Below are positions 52,771-64,000 of a stretch of DNA of 64,000 nt, in pieces. Location: contig NC_068982.1 of assembly GCF_001194135.2 (NCBI RefSeq), positions 11,634,446 through 11,698,445 of the forward strand. Direction: 5' to 3'. Position 1 is the stretch's first letter, and each line of letters starts with the position of its first letter. The position numbers and the translations under genes are program-made. The notes under the pieces are model-generated. The model did no database searches, was not told the origin of the DNA, and worked only from the letters and a program-made list of their open reading frames with translations. This stretch comes from Octopus bimaculoides. Taxonomy: Eukaryota.

Positions 52771-52813
52771 TTCAGGGACATGTTTCTGAGTCATTGCTCG
52801 TCATCAGCCTGAA
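52771..52813 (-). ncRNA. Minimal type I hammerhead motif with intact core
   Basis: Reverse complement reads TTCAGG-CTGATGA-cGAGcaatgaCTCa-GAAA-CATG-TC-CCTGAA. Perfect 6-bp stem I; the stem II closing pair is C.A. Confidence 0.7.
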
Positions 52814-53866
52814 GTAGATTAAAGTACAAATGAGGATATATAAATCTCAGAAGAATAGAAGTATCCAAGATTAGACTGGTTGAATACATTATAATATAAG
52901 CAGACACATATATATTATTTTTATAGTATGTATTAATTTTAACGGTACACTGTATTCTTCCTGTTTGATTATTTAATGTTTTCTTTATATTTTCAATATG
53001 ATATAAATAAATTTCTTTGTACGTTCTTCTCTGATGATATTCTGGCTTATAATAATTAGCTAAATTGATTTAATCAAATCAAATTTGATTGATTTCATAC
53101 TATAAGCAATGAATTGAAACAATTGTAGGTCTTGTCAATGTATTAATAAATTTTTATTCTTATTTCCATCTTCTCTCTTGGTGTATATATATATATATGT
53201 ATATATATATATGTATGTATATATATNNNNNNNNNNNNNNNNNNNNNNNNNNNNNNNNNNNNNNNNNNNNNNNNNNNNNNNNNNNNNNNNNNNNNNNNNN
53301 NNNNNNNNNNNNNNNNNNNNNNNNNNNNNNNNNNNNNNNNNNNNNNNNNNNNNNNNNNNNNNNNNNNNNNNNNNNNNNNNNNNNNNNNNNNNNNNNNNNN
53401 NNNNNNNNNNNNNNNNNNNNNNNNNNNNNNNNNNNNNNNNNNNNNNNNNNNNNNNNNNNNNNNNNNNNNNNNNNNNNNNNNNNNNNNNNNNNNNNNNNNN
53501 NNNNNNNNNNNNNNNNNNNNNNNNNNNNNNNNNNNNNNNNNNNNNNNNNNNNNNNNNNNNNNNNNNNNNNNNNNNNNNNNNNNNNNNNNNNNNNNNNNNN
53601 NNNNNNNNNNNNNNNNNNNNNNNNNNNNNNNNNNNNNNNNNNNNNNNNNNNNNNNNNNNNNNNNNNNNNNNNNNNNNNNNNNNNNNNNNNNNNNNNNNNN
53701 NNNNNNNNNNNNNNNNNNNNNNNNNNNNNNNNNNNNNNNNNNNNNNNNNNNNNNNNNNNNNNNNNNNNNNNNNNNNNNNNNNNNNNNNNNNNNNNNNNNN
53801 NNNNNNNNNNNNNNNNNNNNNNNNNNNNNNNNNNNNNNNNNNNNNNNNNNNNNNNNNNNNNNNNNN

Positions 53867-53930
<64 letters not shown>

Positions 53931-54139
53931 GGTCAAGCTAATCTATTCCATGTGTATGTCCTGTTGACTTTTGTTGTTTTGTTACTTGTGATTAAAATTT
54001 TTTTAAATCTTCAATTTACCTATGTGTATCATTCTATCTATCTATCTATCCATCTAAATATATCTATATATATATAGTACTAGGATACCAGAGGTAGAGT
54101 AATAGACTTAATTAAAAAGCAACGATAATGTCACAAAAA

Positions 54140-54175
54140 CTGTTACTCAGTTTCACGTTCCTGTTCATCGGACAG
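54140..54175 (-). ncRNA. Minimal type I hammerhead motif (U4C variant)
   Basis: Reverse complement reads CTGT-CCGATGA-ACaggaacGT-GAAA-C-tga-G-TA-ACAG. Confidence 0.65.
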
Positions 54176-54208
54176 TTTTGCTGTCAAGTTATACTCAAAC
54201 TACTCATA

Positions 54209-54620
54209 GGCGTAGGAGTGGCTGTGTGGTAAGTAGCTTGCTTACCAAGCGCATGGTCCTGGGTTCAGTCCTACTGCGTGGCACCTTGGGCAGGTGTCTT
54301 CTATTATAGCCTCGAGCTGACCAAAGACTTGTGAGTGGATTTGGTAGGCAGAAACTGGAAGAAGCCTGTTGTATATGTATACATATATCTGTATGTGTGT
54401 GCGTATATGTTTGTGTGTCTGTGTTTGTCCCCCCAACATTGCTTAACAACCAATGCTGGTGTGTTTATGTCCCTGTAACTTAGCGGTTCGGCAAAAGAGA
54501 CTGATAGAATAAGTACTAGGCTTACAAAGAATAAATCCTGGGGTCGATTTGCTCGACTAAAGGCGGTGATCCAGCATGGCCGCAGTCAAATGACTGAAAC
54601 AAGTAAAACAGTAAAGAGAG
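54209..54620 (+). mobile_element. Full-length family A SINE
   Basis: Near-consensus. Confidence 0.92.
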
Positions 54621-54905
54621 TATATATNNNNNNNNNNNNNNNNNNNNNNNNNNNNNNNNNNNNNNNNNNNNNNNNNNNNNNNNNNNNNNNNNNNNNNNNN
54701 NNNNNNNNNNNNNNNNNNNNNNNNNNNNNNNNNNNNNNNNNNNNNNNNNNNNNNNNNNNNNNNNNNNNNNNNNNNNNNNNNNNNNNNNNNNNNNNNNNNN
54801 NNNNNNNNNNNNNNNNNNNNNNNNNNNNNNNNNNNNNNNNNGTATTGATAGAAAGGACAACAAAAGAAAGAAAGAGACCTCGATATTATGCAAATAGAGG
54901 AATTT

Positions 54906-55009
54906 ATCTGTAAAAATATGTGACACTTATTCAGGAGCCGTGATAAAACTCCGAGTTTCGAAACTCGGAGTTTTATCATGCCTACTGAATAATTGTCACA
55001 TATTTTTAC

Positions 55010-55013
<4 letters not shown>
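54906..55013. repeat. 108-bp palindrome with no spacer
   Basis: Perfect 38-bp core tgataaaactccgagtttc|gaaactcggagttttatca; the outer arms have a few mismatches. Confidence 0.95.
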
Positions 55014-55047
<34 letters not shown>

Positions 55048-56412
55048 GCACACACACATGCATAATTATCTCTCTATATATATATGTAAGTATATATATT
55101 TGTGTGTGTATATGTATCTCTATATATATAGATAGATAAATTGATAGATATATTTATATTTATATAAATGTGCATATATTTATATGTGTATATATACTCA
55201 TCTCTCTCTGTGTATATATGTGTATATCAACACTCTTAAATGTGCATATATCTATGTATGTATGTATATACTCAGAAAGGAAAATGCAGACACATAACTA
55301 AGAAAACCCAGTTGTAAGAATGAGGTTGGATAAAACAAACAAAAAGACCCGATAAATAAACTGCAATAAGAAAGTAGAGAAATATATGAAGAACATGCTG
55401 AAATTGCAGGGAAAGGAAGAAAACAAGCAAGAAAAGTATAAAACTATAGAAAGAGTATAGAGAAAAGCAAGGAGGATAGAAATGAGAGAGACAGCGAGAG
55501 AAGCAGGGACAGTAGAATGAAGAAAAGCTTTGAGTTCTGAGGTAGTAGAGAAGAGAAGTGATAGATGAAAGTAATGAGGTGAAGGGAATTATGCGTAGGG
55601 GTGGTGGTGGAAATATATAACGAAAATAATGGAAGAGGAGAAGGGTAAGTATTAAAAAATGAAGCGAGGTTTGAGGAGCAGCTTAGTCATCTAGAATATC
55701 GAGTGATCTTGCAACTTCCATTTTATGTATAATAGCAACTCGTGCTTTTTAAGCAAATTGTATACAGCAACAGAAAATTGAGATTTCTATCATGCACATA
55801 CACACATACATACACACACGCACAAATACACACCCTTCTACTCATATGTATATATGTATATATATATATGTAATGTTCACGTGCATGTGGGTTTGTTGTG
55901 AAAGGACATATATATTTATATAGAAAAAATTTTCAAGCTCTTAGATAAGAAACTATGTGGATTTGAATGGCTAGTAATTAAGACACGACAAAGAAAATAT
56001 ACCTGCAAATAACTGTAAAAATATGAATATTTTCTACAATATAACAATAAAACAAAATTAATTTGTGTAATATCATTAAGAAAATCAAATATGTTTCCAT
56101 TACAAAACTTACATAAATGTATTTATAACTTAATGTGCAAATGACAAAATCACTTTGGTGAATCAACTGGCAAATTATCATTTTATTTGAACATGTTGGA
56201 AATAAAGAAAATTCTCAGGAAACAATAAAATACTGACAAGAAAGAAACCAGAATACTGTGTCATACTTTGGTTAATAAATTCCTTTGCTTTTATCACATT
56301 CCTATACCTTACCAAATATTGATGTTGAAGTATTTACGTCAGAGCAGACACTTCAGATAAGAGGCCAACTATGTAAATGAATACAGGTTTGAACAGATAC
56401 TAGTATATATGT

Positions 56413-56464
<52 letters not shown>

Positions 56465-56546
56465 CATACATACGCATGTATATATATGTGTGTGTATACA
56501 TATATATATATATGTATGTATATATACATACATACACACACATGTA

Positions 56547-56647
<101 letters not shown>

Positions 56648-57021
56648 ATACACACATGTATATATATATGTGTGTGTATGAGTGCATGTGTGTTTGTGGG
56701 AGTGTATGTGTACATAAATATATATTGAAAGTGTGTATATAAATATGTGTATACACACATATAGATATACATATATATACTTATGTATATACAGATATAT
56801 AAATATATGTATATATATATAAATATATTTATTTATACATTTATACATACACATATAAAAATGTGTATACATACATATATAATAACACATATATACATGT
56901 ACATGTATGTATAGATATCTGTATAAATAAACAGATTTACATAAACATACAGAAACTTTTATATACACCGACATACATATAGATATGCATATACACAATT
57001 ATTTATACATATGTGTATATT

Positions 57022-57053
<32 letters not shown>

Positions 57054-58539
57054 AATACACATATTTATCAATATGTATGTAAATGGTGTGTATGTATATA
57101 TACATATATGTGTGTGTGTGTGTGTGTGTAATTAGATGTGCACTAAGCAGTATTGAATGATACATAGTTCTGTAGAGTCATATGAAGCATGTTTGTGTAC
57201 ACTATGACATGGTTAAGATAATTACTGCACTAGAGAGGAGAAATTCTACTTATAGACAATATCAGCGCTAACATACCACCAAACATTGTATGACATCACT
57301 AGACCACAGAATGCATGCGTTTCTGTGTCATTATGTTTCATCAGCTATGTATACTGCACCATTGTTCATGGCAGCTAAGAGCTGGTCACTCTTGTGTTAG
57401 AATAGCAAATGTACAGTTGTTATTTCAGTCTGTCAAAGCTTTTTTGTACATCAACAAATGAACCATTTGCTGTTCAAAAATAAGTGCAATAAGCTCTTAG
57501 CAGCAATTTAATGGCAGTATCTTGTAAAAACCAGAATCTTCTGATGAAGATAATAGGATTTAGACTCATAGCTCTATAAAAATTCTTGTTATTTCATACA
57601 CCTACAATTTTATGTGTGCTTATTACATAATTAGATAGCATAAATCATGGGTCATCCGGAACAGCTGTTAGGATACAACTTTTGTTTTATTTATTTGAAT
57701 TCTATTTAAATATATTCTTTAAGCCTGCTTATTTTCATTGACTTTTTTCCTTCCATCCCACTTGAGAAAGATTGCCCTTCTAGCTGGAGACAGCTTCCTT
57801 GGATGAAGGAGTTTGAATTTAAGTTCTCATGTATCTGAGAAATACTTCTTGAATATTAGTAATGTGCTTGCTTTAACATTCTATAAGACATGGTGTGTGA
57901 GTATATATATATAATAATAATAATATAGATAATATATAAATATATGCATACATCCATACATATAAGTACATACCTACATCTATATGTATGCATATATGGG
58001 TACAGGACATCAAAAAAACGTTAAACACAATGAGAAACGAAAACAGAAAATGAACTTTTTTCGTACAACGAAAAAAACAAACAGAGAAACGAGACATGCA
58101 ACATAAAGAATATTCCCCTTCGTCAGTTGTCCCTGTTCCATCTACTCTGCATTTCGAAGGCAAGGACAATACACGACTTAGTTGGAACAGTCCTTCCCGC
58201 AAAGCAAATTAAATAAAATTTGGAATTTTTTGTGGAGGGTGAAAGTGTTAACAAGAACAGGACAGTGAGAACAAGACAGTAAAAGCAAACGGTGAGGGCT
58301 GTTGAGCCAAGATGATAGAAAAATTATTATGAACGCAAAGTAGACTTGCATGAGAGAAGAGACAGAAAAACCACGTCTTTTCTTTAGGAAGGCAGTGGAC
58401 AGAAAGAGAGATATATCATGAATGTAATGTGTATATAGTTATGTGTGTGTATATATATCTATATATGTGTGTGTGTGTGTATGTTTATTGTTTTATATAT
58501 ATATATATATATATATATTCTATCAGAATTTAAAGGGTG

Positions 58540-59065
58540 TTTTTGGACCTGTCTGGTGGCTCAACTTCCATACTTTCAATTGAAAGTAATTTTTTGACAG
58601 ACAAAAAAGGTGATCATGAAACATTAGGCAGAGCATTTTTCAAATTTTCTGAATATGGACTCAATGAAGAACTGATCAATAACCTATCACAGAAGCTTGT
58701 CCTTGAAGAGCTGTCAGTTGCTCCATCAACTGTTGAGATAGATAGGCCATAAAACAGCTTGCAAATGGAAATCTGGCTGAGAGTGATGGCATACCAGCTG
58801 AGATGTATAAATGTGGTAATCAGGTTCAATCCCACAGGAGTTTAAAGATGTTTCTATTGTCCATCTTTATAAGCACAAAGGCAGCAAATGTGAATGTATC
58901 TCCCTTTTGTGTGTTGCTGGGAAGATTCCTCGAAGGGTTATCTTAAACAGACAAAATGATGCCCTTGCCTGTTTAGTGTTGCCCGAATCTCAGTGTAGCT
59001 TTTGGGCAGGTAGAGGCACAGTGGATATGATTTTCAGCCAAAGGCAACTACAGGAAAAGTGCTTG
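58540..59065 (+). mobile_element. Decayed RTE-BovB-like reverse transcriptase fragment
   Basis: LTDKK..(W)AEHF..AIKQLANG...SDGIPAEMYKCG..IPQEFKDVSIVHLYKHKG..ISLLCVAGK...LPESQC.F.AGRGTVDMIF..RQLQEKC. Confidence 0.85.
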
Positions 59066-59240
59066 TATATGTCTATGTAAATTTTTATTCTACTATATAT
59101 GTATATAGAGTGTGTCTGGGCTAAATCTGACAGTTTTCATGTATCCATTTTTAGGAACAGCTTGATCTGTTGGGGAACAGTCAATGGCATTGGAGAGCAT
59201 AAAGATTGAAGTTGTAGTTGAGGAACAGTTAACTAACATA

Positions 59241-59589
59241 GGCGTGGGAGTGGCTGTGTGGTAAGTAGCTTGCTTACCAACCACATAGTTCTGGGTTCAG
59301 CCCCACTGCGTGACACCTTGGCCAAGTGTCTTCTACTATAGCCTCGGGCCGACCAAAGCCTTGTGAGTGGATTTGGTAGACGGAAACTGAAAGAAGCCCG
59401 TCGTATATACGTATATATATATATGTATGTGCATGTATATGTTTGTGTGTCTGTGTTTGTCCCCCCAACATCGCTTGACAACTGATGCTGTTGAGTTTAG
59501 GTCCCCGTAACTTAATGGTTCGGCAAAAAGAGACCAATTGAATAAATACTAGGCTTCTAAAGAATAAGTCCTGGGGTTGATTTGCTCGA
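59241..59589 (+). mobile_element. Family A SINE running into a gap
   Basis: Near-consensus. Confidence 0.9.
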
Positions 59590-60527
59590 NNNNNNNNNNN
59601 NNNNNNNNNNNNNNNNNNNNNNNNNNNNNNNNNNNNNNNNNNNNNNNNNNNNNNNNNNNNNNNNNNNNNNNNNNNNNNNNNNNNNNNNNTATATATATAT
59701 TTCATTAATCTTCTCTTTCTATATTGAATTACATTTGTGGATATTGATGAGACTTGGAATGTACATACAGAAACCTTAGTCTTCGAAATGTGTGCATATA
59801 TGCAATTTTTTTTTATGCAAAAAGTATTAGCTTAGTATAGAAGACAGTATGAGTAAGCTAATGATGACGCCTGCAAGTATGTATGAGTGAGCATGTGTGT
59901 GTTGGTGTGTACCTTTGTAATAATCAAAGTATGTTATTGTGGGTGTGCGTGTAAGTAATATATATGAGTAAGAGATGTAAGAAAGGTCAAAAGGAAGTAT
60001 TTTATAGCCATGAACTGATAGTGGTCACTTGCTATAGATAAACTCCAAGGCTTGAAGTCTAGACAATAAGTCTACTTAACTGTCTTTAATAAAAGCCACT
60101 AAAAGAGTCATAATGTCTTAACATTTGATTTAATGAAGCAAGCAGCCATAAAACCTGATTCTACTGATGCACTGAACAACCAATTGAGAAAATGGAAACT
60201 TATGCCAGCAAAACACAGTAACCCTCCCTTGGATTCTTGGCACTCATGTGCTTCCATCATGTATATGTGTTCATGTGGACACGCCCAATTCACTATGTAT
60301 ATGTTCAGTGGATTTCAGGTTCGGTTTGCATATTATTTTTTACGCAATTCTGAAGAGTCATTTTCAACATGTGTTATGGAATAAAACATAAATAGTACAA
60401 GGAAATTAAGCAATACTTGCAGGAATTATTGTATAATGACGTAAGATGGATTATATTGGCCTATGATGAAACAATTGTAAACTGAACTAGCAAAGTGATT
60501 TGATCACTTCATTTATATTATGTGTGC

Positions 60528-60561
<34 letters not shown>

Positions 60562-60596
60562 ATATATATCTATATATATATATAAATATATATATA

Positions 60597-60760
60597 GGCG
60601 CCTGAGTGGCTGTGTGGTAAGTAGCTTGCTTACCAACCACATGGTTCTGGGTTCAGACCCACTGCATGGCACCTTGGGCAAGTGTCTTCTACTATAGCCT
60701 CGGGCCAACCAAAGCCTTGTGAGCAGATTTGGTAGATGGAAACTGAATGAAGCCCATCAT
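60597..60760 (+). mobile_element. Family A SINE 5' half running into a gap
   Basis: Head and core present. Confidence 0.88.
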
Positions 60761-61491
60761 NNNNNNNNNNNNNNNNNNNNNNNNNNNNNNNNNNNNNNNN
60801 NNNNNNNNNNNNNNNNNNNNNNNNNNNNNNNNNNNNNNNNNNNNNNNNNNNNNNNNNNNNNNNNNNNNNNNNNNNNNNNNNNNNNNNNNNNNNNNNNNNN
60901 NNNNNNNNNNNNNNNNNNNNNNNNNNNNNNNNNNNNNNNNNNNNNNNNNNNNNNNNNNNNNNNNNNNNNNNNNNNNNNNNNNNNNNNNNNNNNNNNNNNN
61001 NNNNNNNNNNNNNNNNNNNNNNNNNNNNNNNNNNNNNNNNNNNNNNNNNNNNNNNNNNNNNNNNNNNNNNNNNNNNNNNNNNNNNNNNNNNNNNNNNNNN
61101 NNNNNNNNNNNNNNNNNNNNNNNNNNNNNNNNNNNNNNNNNNNNNNNNNNNNNNNNNNNNNNNNNNNNNNNNNNNNNNNNNNNNNNNNNNNNNNNNNNNN
61201 NNNNNNNNNNNNNNNNNNNNNNNNNNNNNNNNNNNNNNNNNNNNNNNNNNNNNNNNNNNNNNNNNNNNNNNNNNNNNNNNNNNNNNNNNNNNNNNNNNNN
61301 NNNNNNNNNNNNNNNNNNNNNNNNNNNNNNNNNNNNNNNNNNNNNNNNNNNNNNNNNNNNNNNNNNNNNNNNNNNNNNNNNNNNNNNNNNNNNNNNNNNN
61401 NNNNNNNNNNNNNNNNNNNNNNNNNNNNNNNNNNNNNNNNNNNNNNNNNNNNNNNNNNNNNNNNNNNNNNNNNNNNNNNNNNNNNNNNNNN

Positions 61492-61591
61492 AGCAGCCAA
61501 AACTACTATTTCTCTACCAAAATACGACTCCCCAAAATAGCAGTACTATTGGGAGTGGTGTTTTGGTAGTGAAATAGTAGTTTTGACTGCT
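61492..61591. repeat. 100-bp near-perfect hairpin at a gap edge
   Basis: 41-bp arms, 37/41 complementary, plus an inner aatag/ctatt stem. Confidence 0.9.
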
Positions 61592-61799
61592 ATTTTTAAT
61601 TTTCTGTATTTGGTGAAGCAACGCCTGCTGAACCCTAAATTTTAATTATATTTATATGAATTTACCGATAATGTTTTTTAACACAGTGAACTACTTGGTA
61701 AAATTACTAATTATTAATTAATTAATAATTTTTACCCTATGTCTGAATAAATATGTATATATTTAAATATGGTAAAGATTGTCTGATGTACATTTATGG

Positions 61800-62230
61800 G
61801 GTTGCATGGGCTTTATGAGATGGTGCTGAGCTTTGTTGAAACCTGTGTAGCCTTCCACTGCAGACTTCATCCATCCAAGACTTAACAACAGTCTCCAGTA
61901 CCTCAAACGCATCCAGCAGCATCTATTCTAAGACCCTGCAGAAAAATGTCAGTTGACATGGCATGACCTCTGTTACTCACATCTCCTAAAACCATCACAA
62001 TTGCTAGAAACTTTATGTGTATTACTCTGGAGATATTAGAAGGACCCTCTGTTGTTTCTTCTGTTAGACTTTTGGTTGTTGGTCAAAGATCTCATTAGAG
62101 AAAATTGAAGCTTACCATGTTCATGAGATTTTTAATCTTGTTAAGTAAGCACTTGGCGTGAATCAAATGCTATTCCCTTGTCTTTGCAGATATGAAATTA
62201 GCCTCTCTTCAGTATACATGATATTGTCTT
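61800..62230 (-). mobile_element. Decayed maT (DD37D)-like transposase fragment
   Basis: KFLAIVMVLGDVSNRGH...QGLRIDAA/EVLETVVKSWMDEVCSGR..FQQSSAPSHKA matches KFPASVMVLGVVSNEGH..QGLRVNA..EVLETVVKPW..FQQDSAPSHKA. Confidence 0.8.
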
Positions 62231-62263
62231 GAATATCCTCATAAACTCCCGTTCATTTATAGG

Positions 62264-63530
62264 CTGGGCCAGTTTATTACCCATAGAGGCTTTAGGCACT
62301 TAAAAGATTTTAATGTCCCCATGTATATATAATTCATAATATAAACAATTATAAACCCTAAAATAAATTTCTATTTTTATAAATGAAACAAAACTAACAA
62401 TAAAATAGGAAATACTGTTTATTTTTGTATACTTTATTCTTTTATTTTGTATATTTTATCTAGATTTGAAATATTTTCTTCTACTTTTTTTTAATTGGTA
62501 AGTTTTTGATCAGATCCTCACTTTGACACCACAAACACTTTGAAATTATATTTCTGATCATATAAACCACTCTGAATATTATTTTCCTCTGACTCATGAA
62601 ATTATCTAGTGATGGGTCTCACTGGTGTTTACCGACATTGTCATCCATAATATTTGGAACCTATTGAATAGATCGCATTGTTTTTATTGTGTCCAAATGC
62701 TTAGAATGTTCTTTTCTCTTTTTATTTAGTTGAAACATTTCAACCAAATTCCGTCTGAACTTTGTATGCCAATGATCCTCCGATGTTTAGAAAGTTGGCA
62801 TTTTTGAAATTACTCTGTTCAGTAACAATGACTCAATATCTTTTCATTTCTTGTGTTAGTATTTTAACTGCCATAGGGGACCTGAAAAGCATAAAAACCT
62901 TTTAGTTGGTTTGAAAGAAATAATAAATTGATAAATAAGCATCCTCAAATGCCCCTTGTATCTTGTATACAGCACTGGATTAACCATTAACCAAAATAAG
63001 GATGTTCTTAGGGCAGCAATGGTAAATAGTTTGCAGCACAAAAGAAATCACTATCAACTTGCTACAATAATATTTGAAGTGGTTTATATGATTGGAAATA
63101 TGTCAAAGTGTTCATGGTGTCCTAACGAGGATCTGATTAAAAACTTTGCAATTAAAAAATGTAGGAAAAAAATCTTTTCAAATCGCTAAACCCACAAGTT
63201 TTTTTTTTAATTCTCTCTCTGTTTATTTCCTCACGTTCTTTTCTGTTGAAGAGCATAGGCTCGAAACGTAAAAGACTTTCTCACCTTCCTGAGCGTCAAA
63301 GTAATACACCTGCTTGTTATTTATACACCTGTCTTCGTCTTGTTTTTCTCTAAATTTCAACTATACAAAAATAAACCTTATTTTCCATCTTACTGATAGT
63401 TTTGTTTCATTTTGAAAAATAAAAAATTATTTATGATTTATTATTGTTTATATTTTGAATTACTTATATACATGGGGGTACCAAAATCTTTTAAGTGATT
63501 AGGGTCTCCATGTGTCTTAATCTGGCCCTG
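62264..63530 (+). mobile_element. Possible hAT relic
   Basis: Ends (c)tgggccagttt / aatctggccctg. Internal DLIKNFAIKKCRK resembles the hAT C-terminus. No TSD found. Confidence 0.35.
63238..63275 (+). ncRNA. Hammerhead-shaped motif with CTGTTGA core (A6U, probably inactive)
   Basis: ctttt-CTGTTGA-A-GAGC-atag-GCTC-GAAA-CG-TA-AAAG. Same repeat family as fragments at 41800-41885 and 49320-49400. Confidence 0.5.
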
Positions 63531-63548
63531 CCTGTATATATATATATA

Positions 63549-63764
63549 TGAGGGGTGCTGAAAAACTCCTGGTTTTAAGGGTATCATAAAAAATCTGGTT
63601 GGAGGCTGAACCATTCAAGTTCTTTTATAGGGCTTAGAAAAACTGACGGATCCCTGCAATAAGTATGTGAATCTGAGAGGGGAATATGTTGAATAAAATC
63701 ATAATTAACTGATCCTCCTGTATTTTCTTTTATCCAAAGGCAGAAACTTTTCAGCAACCCCTCG
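63549..63764. mobile_element. mariner-type MITE
   Basis: TIRs tgaggggtgctgaaaaactcctgg / ggcagaaacttttcagcaacccctcg. Confidence 0.8.
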
Positions 63765-63804
<40 letters not shown>

Positions 63805-64000
63805 ATAATATTATTAGGGACAAAATCCAAAATTACAGGTAAAAAACTCAATTAAAATCAATTTATAAAAAATTAAAATTAAATTGAGCCTTATAGATAA
63901 AGTATATATAAAATATATATAGTTTTAGGGAAAATAACCAATTTTCAAGAACTCATCGATGAAAATCCACTATCACATATAGAAAAATTAATAATTAAAA

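Noticed and set aside
57311-57350. CTGATGA...GAAA motif on the minus strand
   Set aside because: Stems I and II do not pair and position 17 is G.
60133-60384. 83-aa ATG-initiated ORF
   Set aside because: No domain, splice or promoter support, and the length is within the chance range.

Overview
AT-rich, repeat-dense animal genomic DNA with about 4 kb of N gaps. The SINE families look like those of Octopus (a coleoid cephalopod); this is recognition from memory, not a database check. No multi-exon protein-coding gene can be supported. Nearly all listed ORFs are microsatellite or N-gap artefacts. The window holds three tRNA-derived SINE families, RTE/BovB, R4/Dong and CR1/L2-like LINE relics, and hAT, piggyBac and Tc1/mariner relics and MITEs. 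Three things stand out. (1) About 11 minimal type I hammerhead-ribozyme motifs from several unrelated sequence families. Six of them sit as outward-facing pairs on the arms of three long fold-back elements (1.2-2.0, 4.0-4.5 and 41.3-41.8 kb), an arrangement typical of Penelope-like element ends. (2) A U6 snRNA retrocopy joined to a full SINE and inserted in a hAT MITE, with an empty copy of that MITE 2.3 kb away. (3) A CpG-rich TATA/CCAAT/E-box promoter at about 52.15-52.3 kb. It probably drives a small minus-strand gene whose coding core is hidden in a 500-N gap. Repeat boundaries are approximate unless a TSD or TIR is quoted.
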